Part shown: one piece after another, positions 9,030-18,692 of the stretch
Layout of the letters: every line of letters begins with the position of its first letter
Position numbering within the stretch: position 1 is the stretch's first letter
NCBI GenBank assembly: GCA_963751455.1
Contig: CAVVUN010000003.1
Location: 374,507-438,506, forward strand
DNA: 64,000 nucleotides
Direction: 5' to 3'
From: Nitrospirota bacterium
GTDB lineage: Bacteria; Nitrospirota; UBA9217
Notes under the pieces: generated by a model
Seen by the model: only the letters and a program-made list of their open reading frames with translations
The model's database searches: none
Told to the model about the DNA's origin: nothing
Translations under genes and position numbers: made by a program

Positions 9030-10229
9030 ATGAAGAATATACGTAAATTCACCGAAGAGCTTTCTTCCCTTCAGATCCTCAAGATCGATGCCTGCACTCA
9101 GTGCGGCGAATGTCTCCGGCACTGCCCGGTCCAGGATGTTACCGGGAATCCGATTGTTTCGCCGCCGGAGAAGATCCGAATGTTCCGCGAATTCATCCGG
9201 GCAAGTGAGGGACTGAAAGCGACGCTCTTCGGCCCCCGTGAAGTCGACCGGAAGCTGCTCGAGGACTTCACACGCGCTGTCTATGAATGTACTACCTGCG
9301 GCGCCTGCGGACAGAACTGCCCGGTGGGCATCTTCAGCCAGCGGCTCTGGCCCGTTCTGAGAAAAGAAATGGTGAAGCGGGGCCTCGGTCCGATCGGGGT
9401 CCAGACCGGCATGCCGAAGGCCATAAAGAATTCCGGCAATCCGTACGATAAACCGGCAGCCGAACGCTACAAGCCCTGGCTTCCGGAAAACGTGAACCTC
9501 GCGGAGAGGGCGGATATCGCTTACTATGCCGGTTGTACAGGCGCGTACGAAGCCCAGCCGATGGTGCGGGGCGATGTGCTGGTCCTGAACGCAATCGGAC
9601 AGGATTTCACAATGTTGCCGCCTGAAGAGGAGGTATGCTGCGGCTTTCCGCTGTTCATTACCGGTCAGTATGACCTGCTGAAGGAGCTTATAACAAGACT
9701 CGTTGACGGATACGCGGCAAGAGGGGTCAAAACTCTGGTATGCTCGTGTCCGTGCTGTGTTAATATAATGACCAGAGACTGGCCGCTCTATTATGGTCAG
9801 CAGCTTCCCTTCAGGATCAGGCACATCTCCCAGTTTGTCGTGGAAGCCATAAACAGCGGGAGGCTCCGCTTCAAGCAGTTGAGCGAGTCGGTGATCTACC
9901 ATGACCCCTGTTATCTTTCGCGCGGCGTAGGTGTGATCGAAGAGCCGCGGGCCGTGCTCAGGAGCATCCCGGGTGTAACGCTGCTGGAATTCGAACGTCA
10001 CGGCCTGAATTCACGGTGCTGCGGTTCGGGGGGCGCTGCCCGCAAAGTATATCACGAGAACGCCATTGCGATGGGAAGGTTGACGATCGACGAGGCCGTT
10101 GCCAAAAAAGCGGACCGCCTGATCCTGAGCTGTCCGGCCTGCTACGCCAAGGTAAACGAAGCAATGCACGGATATAAGAACCAGATCCGGATCACGGACA
10201 TCATGGAGCTGGTAAGCGGATTGATTTGA
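9030..10229 (+). CDS. HdrD-like Fe-S oxidoreductase (2x[4Fe-4S] plus two CCG domains)
   Basis: CTQCGECLRHCP, CTTCGACGQNCP, YAGC/VCCG/SCPCC and HDPC/RCCG/SCPAC. Confidence 0.85.
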   Translation: MKNIRKFTEELSSLQILKIDACTQCGECLRHCPVQDVTGNPIVSPPEKIRMFREFIRASEGLKATLFGPREVDRKLLEDFTRAVYECTTCGACGQNCPVGIFSQRLWPVLRKEMVKRGLGPIGVQTGMPKAIKNSGNPYDKPAAERYKPWLPENVNLAERADIAYYAGCTGAYEAQPMVRGDVLVLNAIGQDFTMLPPEEEVCCGFPLFITGQYDLLKELITRLVDGYAARGVKTLVCSCPCCVNIMTRDWPLYYGQQLPFRIRHISQFVVEAINSGRLRFKQLSESVIYHDPCYLSRGVGVIEEPRAVLRSIPGVTLLEFERHGLNSRCCGSGGAARKVYHENAIAMGRLTIDEAVAKKADRLILSCPACYAKVNEAMHGYKNQIRITDIMELVSGLI

Positions 10230-10395
10230 AATTTTGATGCACGGGACACGGATTTGCACGGAAGAGTCGGATTTAAAATCGTTAAATGCATTTATTCTTT
10301 ATGATACTGATGTTTTTACGACTCTTTTAGATATCCTAATCCGGATTTTCCGCTTTTATCCGTGTCCAATTCGTCTTCTGTGACTAAGGTGAATT

Positions 10396-11652
10396 ATGAG
10401 TCATTTTTCCATTAAATGCAGAGCGTGCGGCAAGAAACTTACTAATTCATACTGCGCTTTCTGCGAACACTGCAAAGACGCGCTCCTCGTGACTGATTAT
10501 CAAGACAGCCGCTTTGCTGAGCGGCCGTCCGAAGGCGTCTGGCGCTTTAACTGGCTACCGGTCCACGATAAGGGCTTCGCGCAACCCGGTCCTCTCGTAT
10601 ACCGCTCGGGCGGACTTTCCGGCGTTGTGGGCCTCGAAAACCTCTATATAGCTTTTAACGGCTATTGGCCTGAAAACGGCGCCCTGCTCGAGACCTGTAC
10701 ATTCAAGGAATTCGAGGCAGCAGTGGTTCTTCAGAATGCACGGGAGAACGGGGTCGAGGGTCTGATTGTAGCATCTGCCGGAAACACGGCGCGCGCTTTC
10801 GCTCACCTGTCCGCGCTCACAGGCTTTCCGGTCATCATTGTGGTTCCCCGAATGTGCGTTTCCGAGATGTGGTACGGCGAACCGCGATCGATCGTACACA
10901 CACTCGCAGTCGGAGACGGTGATTACTCGGATTCGATCGATGTTGCAAAGCGGATTGCCATGACGCTCGGCTTTCCCTTTGAAGGCGGAGTAAAAAACAT
11001 CGCGAAACGCGACGGTCTCGGGATCGTTATGATGGAAGCTGTCTCTAAAATCGGCACTTTGCCGGATCATTATGTACAAGCAGTCGGGAGCGGAACCGGC
11101 GCCATAGGCGCGTGGGAGATGGCTGGGCGCTTCGTACGGGACGGCAGGTTCGGCTCCCGGCTGCCGGTCCTTCACTTGGCGCAGAACCTGCCCTTTGCGC
11201 CAATGGTCAACGCGTGGCGAAAGAGCAGCCGTACTCTGTTTCCCGATGATCTGAACCCAGAATTGATTTCGCACATTACAACGCGGGTCCTCTCCACTCG
11301 GTATCCGGCGTACGCGGTAAAGGGCGGCGTCTACGATGCGCTGGTCGCGACCAATGGAAAAATGTACGGCATAGAAAACGACGATGTGTATGCGAGCATG
11401 GACCTGTTCCAGAAAACCGAAGGAATCGACATCGTACCCGCATCGGGTGTGGCTGTTGCCGCGCTGATCAAGGCGGTCAAAACGGGCGCTATCGGGAAGA
11501 AAGAAACGGTCCTTCTGAACATTACCGGCGGGGGCGAAAAACGCCTGCGTCAGGATAAAAAGACCTACTCCGTTGTACCGCACTATATTTCAAAGACGGT
11601 AAGCGAAAAAGAGATCGAGGAGACGCTGTGCAACGTCCTGAAGAAGAACTGA
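10396..11652 (+). CDS. Cysteate synthase (threonine-synthase-like PLP enzyme)
   Basis: FNGYWPE.GA...TCTFKEFEA (PLP Lys), ASAGNTARAF, EGGVKNIAKRDGLG, QAVGSGTG, LLNITGGG; overlaps a sulfopyruvate decarboxylase gene. Confidence 0.85.
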   Translation: MSHFSIKCRACGKKLTNSYCAFCEHCKDALLVTDYQDSRFAERPSEGVWRFNWLPVHDKGFAQPGPLVYRSGGLSGVVGLENLYIAFNGYWPENGALLETCTFKEFEAAVVLQNARENGVEGLIVASAGNTARAFAHLSALTGFPVIIVVPRMCVSEMWYGEPRSIVHTLAVGDGDYSDSIDVAKRIAMTLGFPFEGGVKNIAKRDGLGIVMMEAVSKIGTLPDHYVQAVGSGTGAIGAWEMAGRFVRDGRFGSRLPVLHLAQNLPFAPMVNAWRKSSRTLFPDDLNPELISHITTRVLSTRYPAYAVKGGVYDALVATNGKMYGIENDDVYASMDLFQKTEGIDIVPASGVAVAALIKAVKTGAIGKKETVLLNITGGGEKRLRQDKKTYSVVPHYISKTVSEKEIEETLCNVLKKN

Positions 11653-12860
11653 TTAATATTCTCAAAAAGAACCGGGTTGATTTTACCGCCTCCCTGCCGT
11701 GCGAGAAGATCAAGACGCTTCTTGAAATGCTGCCGACGGCCTTTCAGCATGTTTATCTGACGAGAGAGGAAGAAGGCGTCGGTATCTGCGCGGGCGCCTC
11801 GCTTGCCAATAGACGCCCTGTAATGTTTGTTCAGAGTTCAGGCATCGGAAACATGATCAACGCTTTGCTTTCCCTCACCGCATTCTATCAGTTTCCACTC
11901 GCCCTGTTTGTCAGCCGCCGCGGAGTCTATCAGGAAAAAATAGAGGCGCAGTTGCCCATGGGCCAGAGACTGCCCGGCATACTGTCAGGTGCCGGTATCA
12001 TGTGGACCGAGCTCAATACAATCGATGACTTGAAGAAAGTGGAACAAGAGCTGCAGGAAGTTTACTCGAACAGCAGGATTCATGCGTTTTTGATGAGCCC
12101 GAAGGTGTGGGAGGGGTCAAATTGCGGATCTCGGAGACCTGCACCCAGCGGTGACGAGTGCGAACGCGCGAGTCTCGCACCCAACGCCTTCGAGTGCGAT
12201 TGCGCGAGAGTAGGGTGTGCAGGGCGTTCGGATTGCGGAATGAAAGGCGCAAAAAAAAGTTCTCAATCCGGACCCTGGACCCTGGACCCCGCATCATCAT
12301 CGCCCTCGCTCACCCGCTATGACATTATCAATCTCGCAGCGCCGTACCTCGAGGGCAAAGTCGTGGTAAGCAACCTGGGCTGGCCTTCCAAAGAACTCTT
12401 TTCCGTCAGACACCAACCCTCCAACTTCTACATGCTCGGAAGCATGGGCATGGCAACCCCAATCGGCCTCGGCATTGCTCTGACGTCGAAAAAAAAGGTC
12501 ATCGTGATCGACGGAGACGGAAGCCTCCTCATGAACCCCGGCACGCTTGCCACTGCCGCATCTCTCGCCCCGAGGAATCTAACCATCCTTTGCATTGATA
12601 ACGGCGCTTATGGATCAACCGGTAATCAGCCGACTCTGACAGGAAGCTGTGTCGACTTGGAGCACGTTGCGCGCGGATTCGGTTTTGTGAATACGGTGAA
12701 AGTTGCCGCGGCCGATAAACTCGTGAACGTAATGAAGCAGCCTCCGAAAGAATTAACGTTTATCCATGCCCTTGCAGTGCCCGGCAACAAGGATGTGCCG
12801 AACATCACTACACATCATCTCGAGATCAAGAGACAGGTACAGGGATTTTTGAGAGGGTGA
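11628..12860 (+). CDS. comDE: Sulfopyruvate decarboxylase, fused alpha-beta
   Basis: Alpha: SLPCE, TREEEGVGICAGA, QSSGIGNMINAL; beta: NFYMLGSMG, ThDP motif DGDGSLLMN...DNGAYGSTGNQ. Confidence 0.85.
   Translation: MQRPEEELINILKKNRVDFTASLPCEKIKTLLEMLPTAFQHVYLTREEEGVGICAGASLANRRPVMFVQSSGIGNMINALLSLTAFYQFPLALFVSRRGVYQEKIEAQLPMGQRLPGILSGAGIMWTELNTIDDLKKVEQELQEVYSNSRIHAFLMSPKVWEGSNCGSRRPAPSGDECERASLAPNAFECDCARVGCAGRSDCGMKGAKKSSQSGPWTLDPASSSPSLTRYDIINLAAPYLEGKVVVSNLGWPSKELFSVRHQPSNFYMLGSMGMATPIGLGIALTSKKKVIVIDGDGSLLMNPGTLATAASLAPRNLTILCIDNGAYGSTGNQPTLTGSCVDLEHVARGFGFVNTVKVAAADKLVNVMKQPPKELTFIHALAVPGNKDVPNITTHHLEIKRQVQGFLRG
12137..12226 (+). mobile_element. Two nested 45-bp CCTGCAC-family elements in-frame within the ComD-ComE linker
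   Basis: Outer acctgcacccagcg...cgcgcgag|tgcagggcg is interrupted at 12173-12217 by tctcgcacccaacg...gagtagggtg. Confidence 0.65.
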
Positions 12861-12954
12861 GTTGATCCGTTTCAACGCGATCGAACGGCATGTTAACGTT
12901 AGGCGGCTAAGTCTTGCACAAATCGGTAATTGTTTGCAAGCTAAGGGAAAAAAG

Positions 12955-13527
12955 TCACAAACCGCCGCATTTTTCCTTATATATCAACCTAACGCGTCCT
13001 TCAGGCTTATCGTTCGCAACCTGAAGCATTATGCATCCGCTCGGCGTGCTCCAAATATCAAGCCTCCAGTAAAACGATAATTCACCGGGTTTTGCTGATT
13101 TCGACGGCAGACCAAACTCCAGAACCAGGATATTGAAATAATCCTTATAAGCGCTCAAAAGGTTATCGCGTGCTTTTGACCGGCTTTGTTCGATTTTGCC
13201 TTCAAATTCAAGCTCGACCTCATACAGCTGTGAACTGATGAATTTTAAAATCGTTTGTTTTATCGCAGGCGTGAAAAGGCCGGCCTTTCTCGCAACCCCG
13301 AATCCCCTGGATAAATCAACACCCTGAAATTCCTTTATCCTATTGCAGAAGTAATAGTCTCCTTCTTTGCCGACAGAGAAATACGCTCCGCACTTGTCCT
13401 TAGCATTTTCAAGCGTCATCCTCCAATATAGGCCGGCGTATCCGGTAATGTCCCGATTTTCATCGGCGCACGTAGATTGCCCGAAGAAAAAGACACAAAA
13501 CAAAATAATGGCAATGAGATATTTCAT
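12955..13527 (-). CDS. Hypothetical exported protein
   Basis: Signal-peptide-like MKYLIAIILFCVFFFG preceded by aaggag. Confidence 0.55.
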   Translation of the reverse strand: MKYLIAIILFCVFFFGQSTCADENRDITGYAGLYWRMTLENAKDKCGAYFSVGKEGDYYFCNRIKEFQGVDLSRGFGVARKAGLFTPAIKQTILKFISSQLYEVELEFEGKIEQSRSKARDNLLSAYKDYFNILVLEFGLPSKSAKPGELSFYWRLDIWSTPSGCIMLQVANDKPEGRVRLIYKEKCGGL

Positions 13528-13943
13528 GACGCTCCTTGTTTGATGTCCCGGTATAGTCATACTCTGAGCTCTGGTCTATACCACTGCTTCTGCTTTGACA
13601 TAGGAGATGCAGAAAAATAGTTGAAACCTGCGTTGAACCGAGTTCACATGCCGCGAAGTGATCGGCGTGGAACGGTGAAAATCACAAAAATATTCTGACA
13701 GAAATCCGAATCTGCAAAAGATTAAAACTGCTGCAGGTAAAGCTAGCGTGGAAAAGAAAGATGTTGCGGCGAGGCGAAATGAGTCTAGCAATCGTCTTTT
13801 AATGTGTCAACAAAATAATGCAGAAAGAGAGATCATTCTCCGGGTAATGCAAAGGACATTTTGAAGAAGTCACAACATGCTCTATGATTATTTGCGCAGA
13901 CCGAAGAGTCGATAATATTGACGGGTGCTGCGGCGCAGGAACG

Positions 13944-14525
13944 TTATAACTTCCCCGTCTTCTGATACTCCTGCACATAAACCTTGATGGCACGCAGTAT
14001 AATCCAGTCCAGGGTCACGCTGTTATCGGATGCGATTTGAACGAGGGCGTCGATGGTCTCTTTGTCGATGGTGGGTTGAACTGTTGAGGATGATTCCTCG
14101 GAAGAAGAGGGCGCCACTGCTTCCGGGCTCTCGACTGCGGCTTCGGGATTTCGTTTTTGATGCTCCTTACGAAGAAGTCCCATCAAACTCTGCACGTCGC
14201 CGCCCATGATCGCTTGCCGCACATCTTCGGGAACTTCAATAGGCTTCTCATCCGGCTGTTGACGGGGCTCTCCTATCTTTGCTTCAGGCGACTTCATCCC
14301 CGGACCGATGCCGGGCATCATTCCGGTCATGCCCATCATCATACTTGCCAGGTTCCGGGCGTATTCGTTATCAGGCATCTCATCTTTCAGGAATTGGTCC
14401 AGCTTTCCTTCTGCCGCAGCCTGTGCCATGCGGTCTGCAAGGAGTGATCCCTGTTCCTCTTCCTGCTCAAAATTATTCTTTCTTCCGAAGGCCTTGTTCG
14501 GCGGCTTGGGTAACGGTTTGTCCAT
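13944..14525 (-). CDS. Hypothetical protein, possible C-terminal ribbon-helix-helix
   Basis: 193 aa ORF, SD aagg; C-terminus IDKETIDAL...VTLDWIILRAIKVYV. Confidence 0.6.
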   Translation of the reverse strand: MDKPLPKPPNKAFGRKNNFEQEEEQGSLLADRMAQAAAEGKLDQFLKDEMPDNEYARNLASMMMGMTGMMPGIGPGMKSPEAKIGEPRQQPDEKPIEVPEDVRQAIMGGDVQSLMGLLRKEHQKRNPEAAVESPEAVAPSSSEESSSTVQPTIDKETIDALVQIASDNSVTLDWIILRAIKVYVQEYQKTGKL

Positions 14526-14670
14526 AATAGAATTCCTTAATTAATGTATCTCACATACCCTGCTCTTTCGAAAACGCTGGCATAAACAAAGTCGTGAAAC
14601 TAAAATATATTTGCTTTAATGTGTCTCTTCGTGCCTTTGTGGCTCCGTGTGAGCAATGCATTTCTATAAT

Positions 14671-15369
14671 TCACGTAAAGTACGCCGAAAAATACGGCTT
14701 GATCGCCTGCAGCGAATCTTCTGCTGCAAGCGGCAGCATTGCCGCGAAGCAGTCGAGGTTTACGAGTGCGTTGATGTTTGCGTCTTTCTTTGCAGCGTCC
14801 CTCAGCCGGTTTGCAAAATCACGGTTTACGATGCTTACTTCCCCGTAGACCTTAAGAAGCCCGTCAAGCCCCCATTCAGCGGGTTTCCCATCGTGGTGGC
14901 GGTAATACTGCACCATAAGGTACATCGACACCATTCTGAAGATCGTCTCATCCAGGGACGCGAACGGGAGGTGGAACCTTACCATCGGCTTCAGGTGCTC
15001 CATGATCGGACATCCGCTCGTGGTCATGATAATACCGATCAGCGGGCTGAGGCCCTGCTGAATCGTTGTATCTTTAGTGTATGTCCGGTCTGCGGTAGTA
15101 ACAGTGACCCCGACACTCTCATAAGAAAGCATGTCCTTGAACTGTTCCGCTATGTCCGCAAAATTCAGAGCTATCGGACAGTATGTACGGACTTGAGCGT
15201 CAAGCGGACAGTTTTCACATCGTTTATGGTTGAGCAGCGTCCAAACCGGCGGGTCCTGCTTCTTTTCGAGGATAAGGCCGAGCGTCTGATCGTCGAGCAG
15301 AAGATTAAAAGTGGTTATTGAACCGTTTTTGAACCTGTAAGAATAAATGATCTTTATAGGGTTCGTCAT
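14671..15369 (-). CDS. Conserved hypothetical protein (DUF6901-like)
   Basis: CENCPL...CP...SGCP...KPMVRFHLPFAS motif; ATG 15369 after ggagg. Confidence 0.7.
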   Translation of the reverse strand: MTNPIKIIYSYRFKNGSITTFNLLLDDQTLGLILEKKQDPPVWTLLNHKRCENCPLDAQVRTYCPIALNFADIAEQFKDMLSYESVGVTVTTADRTYTKDTTIQQGLSPLIGIIMTTSGCPIMEHLKPMVRFHLPFASLDETIFRMVSMYLMVQYYRHHDGKPAEWGLDGLLKVYGEVSIVNRDFANRLRDAAKKDANINALVNLDCFAAMLPLAAEDSLQAIKPYFSAYFT

Positions 15370-15576
15370 CAGACCTCCCGCTTTCCGTCTGATGTACAAT
15401 ATACCACGCTCGATATGTTGTCAACAGTCCATACCTCCCTGTCAGGCTGATGGTCAAAATGTTATTGCAGACATCGATAAGAACGGGTAAACTGCTGAAC
15501 TTGGTACGGATAAATAGAGAACAGCCAGGTGTTCGTCCACGTGAAGCTTCACGATTCGTATTAAAAAGGAGAGAGA

Positions 15577-16005
15577 ATGGCACAGGCAAAACAGGGAGAT
15601 ACGGTCCAAGTGCATTATACGGGTAAACTGGAAGACGGCAAGGTTTTCGATACGTCACGAAACCGCCATCCGCTTCAGTTTATCATCGGCAACGGGCAGG
15701 TAATAGTCGGGTTCGAGCAGGCTGTGAGCGGCATGAATATCGGAGAATCGAAAACCACCAAGATCCCGATGGAGAAAGCATATGGACAGCGGCGTGATGA
15801 TTTAATCATTACCATGAAGCGGGACCAGCTCCCCCTTGAGGCCGAGCCCAAAGTCGGCCAGCGACTCGAGTTCACGCAGCCCGACGATAAAGTCATACTT
15901 GTAACCGTCACCGGCATAACGGAATCCACGCTCACGCTTGACGCTAATCATCCTCTGGCGGGAAAAGAGCTTACCTTCGATCTAGAGCTTGTCAATATTT
16001 TATAA
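15577..16005 (+). CDS. FKBP-type peptidyl-prolyl isomerase (SlyD/SlpA-like, no His-rich tail)
   Basis: VHYTGKLEDGKVFDTS, DANHPLAGKELTF. Confidence 0.92.
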   Translation: MAQAKQGDTVQVHYTGKLEDGKVFDTSRNRHPLQFIIGNGQVIVGFEQAVSGMNIGESKTTKIPMEKAYGQRRDDLIITMKRDQLPLEAEPKVGQRLEFTQPDDKVILVTVTGITESTLTLDANHPLAGKELTFDLELVNIL

Positions 16006-16088
16006 CAAGAAAAGGATCCTGTCCTCCAAAGGCTGTCATGGAGTTCAAGATCCTTTTCTTTTTTCTCAAGAGACCTTTTCCTGCGCTG

Positions 16089-17762
16089 CTACCTCGCGAG
16101 CAATTTCCTCACATACAGCTGCTGCACAATCGACAGCAGGTTGCTCAGTGTGATATAGAGGAGCAGCCCCGCCGGCAGCCACGCAAAAAGAAAAATAAAG
16201 GCAACGTTCATGAACATCATGATTTTGGCCTGCTGCGGGTCGGGAGTGGCCGAAGTCATCTTCATCGTGGCAATCATGCTGACTCCCATAAGAACCGGCA
16301 GGATATAGAAGGGATCGTGAACGGAAAGGTCCTTTATCCAGAATGAAATGAACGGCGCCTGCCGAAGCTCGATCGAGACCGACAGTACGTTGTAGAGTGC
16401 GACGAAGAAGGGCAGCTGCAGAAGCATCGGAAGACAGCCGCCGAGCGGATTCACCTTGTGCTCCTTGTACATCTTCATCATCTCCTGGTTCATCCGCTGC
16501 GGATCTTTCTTGTATTTTTCGCGAAGAGCAGTGATCTGCGGCTGGATCTTCTTCATTTCCTCCATGGCTGTCGCGCTCTTCAGCGAAGGATAGAAAAGTA
16601 AAGCCCTAACCACAATGGTAAGAAGGATGATCGCAATGCCGTAGTTGCTCGTTATTCTGTAGAACTGCTGAAGCAGCCAGAACATCGGCTTCGCCAGTAT
16701 TCCGAACCAGCCGTAGTCCACCATCTGCTCCAGTCCATGACCCTGCTCTTTGAGCAAAGTATAACTCTTCGGTCCTGCATAAAGCGCATAGGTACGCGAA
16801 TCCGTTTTTTCTTTTACCGTCAGACTCGTTGTAAGAAGGTCTCCGGTTTTCGCTGCTCCCGGTGTTTTTGTGCTGGTTAGTATTCCGGGGGTTCCATTGA
16901 CCATCGTAGCGGTAAAGTACTTGTCCTCGTGCCCGAACCATCCTATCGTACCGGTGTATTGCGCCTCGCCCTTGATTTTATCCAGCTTGTCGGTCGTAAC
17001 TTTTCCGTCCACGTTTGCTACCAGCCCCACGCGGCCGCTCGCGTCGCTGCTCAGCTTGTCCGCAATTCCGAAGTCCGTGCCGAGAAAAATATTGTACCCG
17101 TCAAGGGCTTTCGTGTTCACGGCAATGTCAACCTTGTAGTTGTTGTTGTGAAAAGTCAGTCGCTTTTCAATTGTGATTCCGCCCGGACCCGCATACGTCA
17201 AAACAAGAGTGTCCGTGGGCTTGTCCTTGCTGAGCCGGATGCCTTCCGAACTGGCACGGTATTCAACACGTGAAATCTTGTACAACGCCTTGTCAAGCGG
17301 AATAAGTGTCAGCGGTTCAACGATGTCTTTTCGGTCGATATTATATGCCGGTACGAGCTGCACGTTGCCAAGTTCCCGTTGCGGCTTCTCTTCCTTCGGC
17401 GCCTGTCCGGTTATCTTTTTATACGTCGCTATAAGACCGACCTCTTTTGTGTCCGCTTCGCGATGACCTTTCAGCTCTATCCCCGTGATCACGCCGCCTG
17501 CCGTATTGACCACAGCCTTCACGAGGTCTGTTTCAATGACAATCTCCCTGCCCTTTGCAGCCTGTTCAATCCTGGCCGCTGCCGCTTCCGGGGTAAGCGC
17601 CGGCTGCGAAGCCTGCTTTTCGGTCTTTTCGACCGCCTTTTCTTCCATGGGTGCCTCGGGAACCGGGCCTTTCACGGACGGCTCAGGAGCGAAGAAACGC
17701 ACGTATACCAGGAATACTATCAACGACAGGGACAGTGCTAGAATAAAACGACGTGTTTCCAT
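16089..17762 (-). CDS. yidC: Membrane protein insertase YidC
   Basis: Periplasmic domain, DYGWF, NPLGGCLPMLLQLP, PAGLLLY; canonical operon. Confidence 0.97.
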   Translation of the reverse strand: METRRFILALSLSLIVFLVYVRFFAPEPSVKGPVPEAPMEEKAVEKTEKQASQPALTPEAAAARIEQAAKGREIVIETDLVKAVVNTAGGVITGIELKGHREADTKEVGLIATYKKITGQAPKEEKPQRELGNVQLVPAYNIDRKDIVEPLTLIPLDKALYKISRVEYRASSEGIRLSKDKPTDTLVLTYAGPGGITIEKRLTFHNNNYKVDIAVNTKALDGYNIFLGTDFGIADKLSSDASGRVGLVANVDGKVTTDKLDKIKGEAQYTGTIGWFGHEDKYFTATMVNGTPGILTSTKTPGAAKTGDLLTTSLTVKEKTDSRTYALYAGPKSYTLLKEQGHGLEQMVDYGWFGILAKPMFWLLQQFYRITSNYGIAIILLTIVVRALLFYPSLKSATAMEEMKKIQPQITALREKYKKDPQRMNQEMMKMYKEHKVNPLGGCLPMLLQLPFFVALYNVLSVSIELRQAPFISFWIKDLSVHDPFYILPVLMGVSMIATMKMTSATPDPQQAKIMMFMNVAFIFLFAWLPAGLLLYITLSNLLSIVQQLYVRKLLAR

Positions 17763-17775
17763 TTAACCTCCGGGA

Positions 17776-17985
17776 TCAATGAACAGGGTCGTATCCGCCG
17801 GGATGAAACGGATGACATTTGGCGACTCTGCGCACTGTCATCCAGATCGCTCTCAAAACGTTTTTTTTCGTGAAGGCCTCAATCGCATACTCTGAACAGG
17901 TCGGGGTAAACCGACAGGTCGGCGGGAAAACCGGAGACAGATAGCGACGGTACAGACCAATCGTGAAGATGAACGCTTTTTTCAT
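17776..17985 (-). CDS. yidD: Membrane protein insertion efficiency factor
   Basis: [11 protein letters not shown]...[12 protein letters not shown]. Confidence 0.96.
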   Translation of the reverse strand: MKKAFIFTIGLYRRYLSPVFPPTCRFTPTCSEYAIEAFTKKNVLRAIWMTVRRVAKCHPFHPGGYDPVH

Positions 17986-18350
17986 GATGCGGTGCCTTCC
18001 GGCTTCAGATTGCGAAGAGCGGTGCGCTGCAGAATTTTTTGGACGGTTTTCAAAATCTCTTCATAACCGGCGGAGGAAATTTCGCGCCGTGCGACAAAGA
18101 CGAGGTCATACCCTGACGAATAACCTTGTAAAACTTTCATGATGCAGGCCCGGATGCGGCGCCTCAGCCGGTTTCTCCCGACTGCATTTGCCAGCTTCTT
18201 GCTGACCGATATTCCGACCCTGAAATTTCCTGTGTCGTTCTGCGCATAAAACAGAGAAAGACCGTCAACCGACAGTCTTTTTCCTTTCATGACAGAGACA
18301 AATTGCTTGTTTGTTCGTATGCGCTCGCTTTTTCGATATGCGTACGGCAT
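17982..18350 (-). CDS. rnpA: Ribonuclease P protein component
   Basis: [18 protein letters not shown] (RNR motif). Confidence 0.95.
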   Translation of the reverse strand: MPYAYRKSERIRTNKQFVSVMKGKRLSVDGLSLFYAQNDTGNFRVGISVSKKLANAVGRNRLRRRIRACIMKVLQGYSSGYDLVFVARREISSAGYEEILKTVQKILQRTALRNLKPEGTAS

Positions 18351-18368
18351 GCGCGTTGGGCAGTCGAT

Positions 18369-18506
18369 TTATACCGCGAGCCGTTTTCTTCCTTTTGCCC
18401 TGCGGCGGTTAATCGCCTTTCTGCCGCCCGCGGTCTCCATCCTCGATCTGAAACCCTGCGATCTTTTCTGTTTGAGATTGCTCTTTTGCGCTGTTGTTTC
18501 GGACAT
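18369..18506 (-). CDS. rpmH: 50S ribosomal protein L34 (not in the ORF track, 45 aa)
   Basis: Translated by hand: [45 protein letters not shown]; SD aaggag. Confidence 0.93.
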   Translation of the reverse strand: MSETTAQKSNLKQKRSQGFRSRMETAGGRKAINRRRAKGRKRLAV

Positions 18507-18540
18507 CACCCTGCTCCTTCGCGTTTTTGAATAGGGGGGT

Positions 18541-18568
18541 ATTATAAGACAAAACGCAAATATGTCAA
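18541..18568 (-). promoter_or_regulatory. Sigma70 promoter of the rpmH operon
   Basis: TTGACA-N16-TATAAT on the minus strand. Confidence 0.7.
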
Positions 18569-18633
18569 GCGAAAAACGAGCCTTCTTCGAAGGTTACAGA
18601 ATGAAGAGAATTTCTCATCGGCGGGGAGAAGGA

Positions 18634-18663
18634 CAGGACCCCGGGAGGCTTCCCGGGGTCCTG
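18634..18663. terminator. GC-rich hairpin downstream of the SRPBCC gene
   Basis: caggaccccggga-ggct-tcccggggtcctg, perfect 13-bp stem. Confidence 0.55.
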
Positions 18664-18692
18664 CACGCACGGTTCACTAGTAAAACACGATG

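Noticed and set aside
32-12860. Methanogenesis or archaeal contamination
   Set aside because: No mcr or membrane Mtr subunits in the window; the cluster shares repeat families with the bacterial core genes on the same contig
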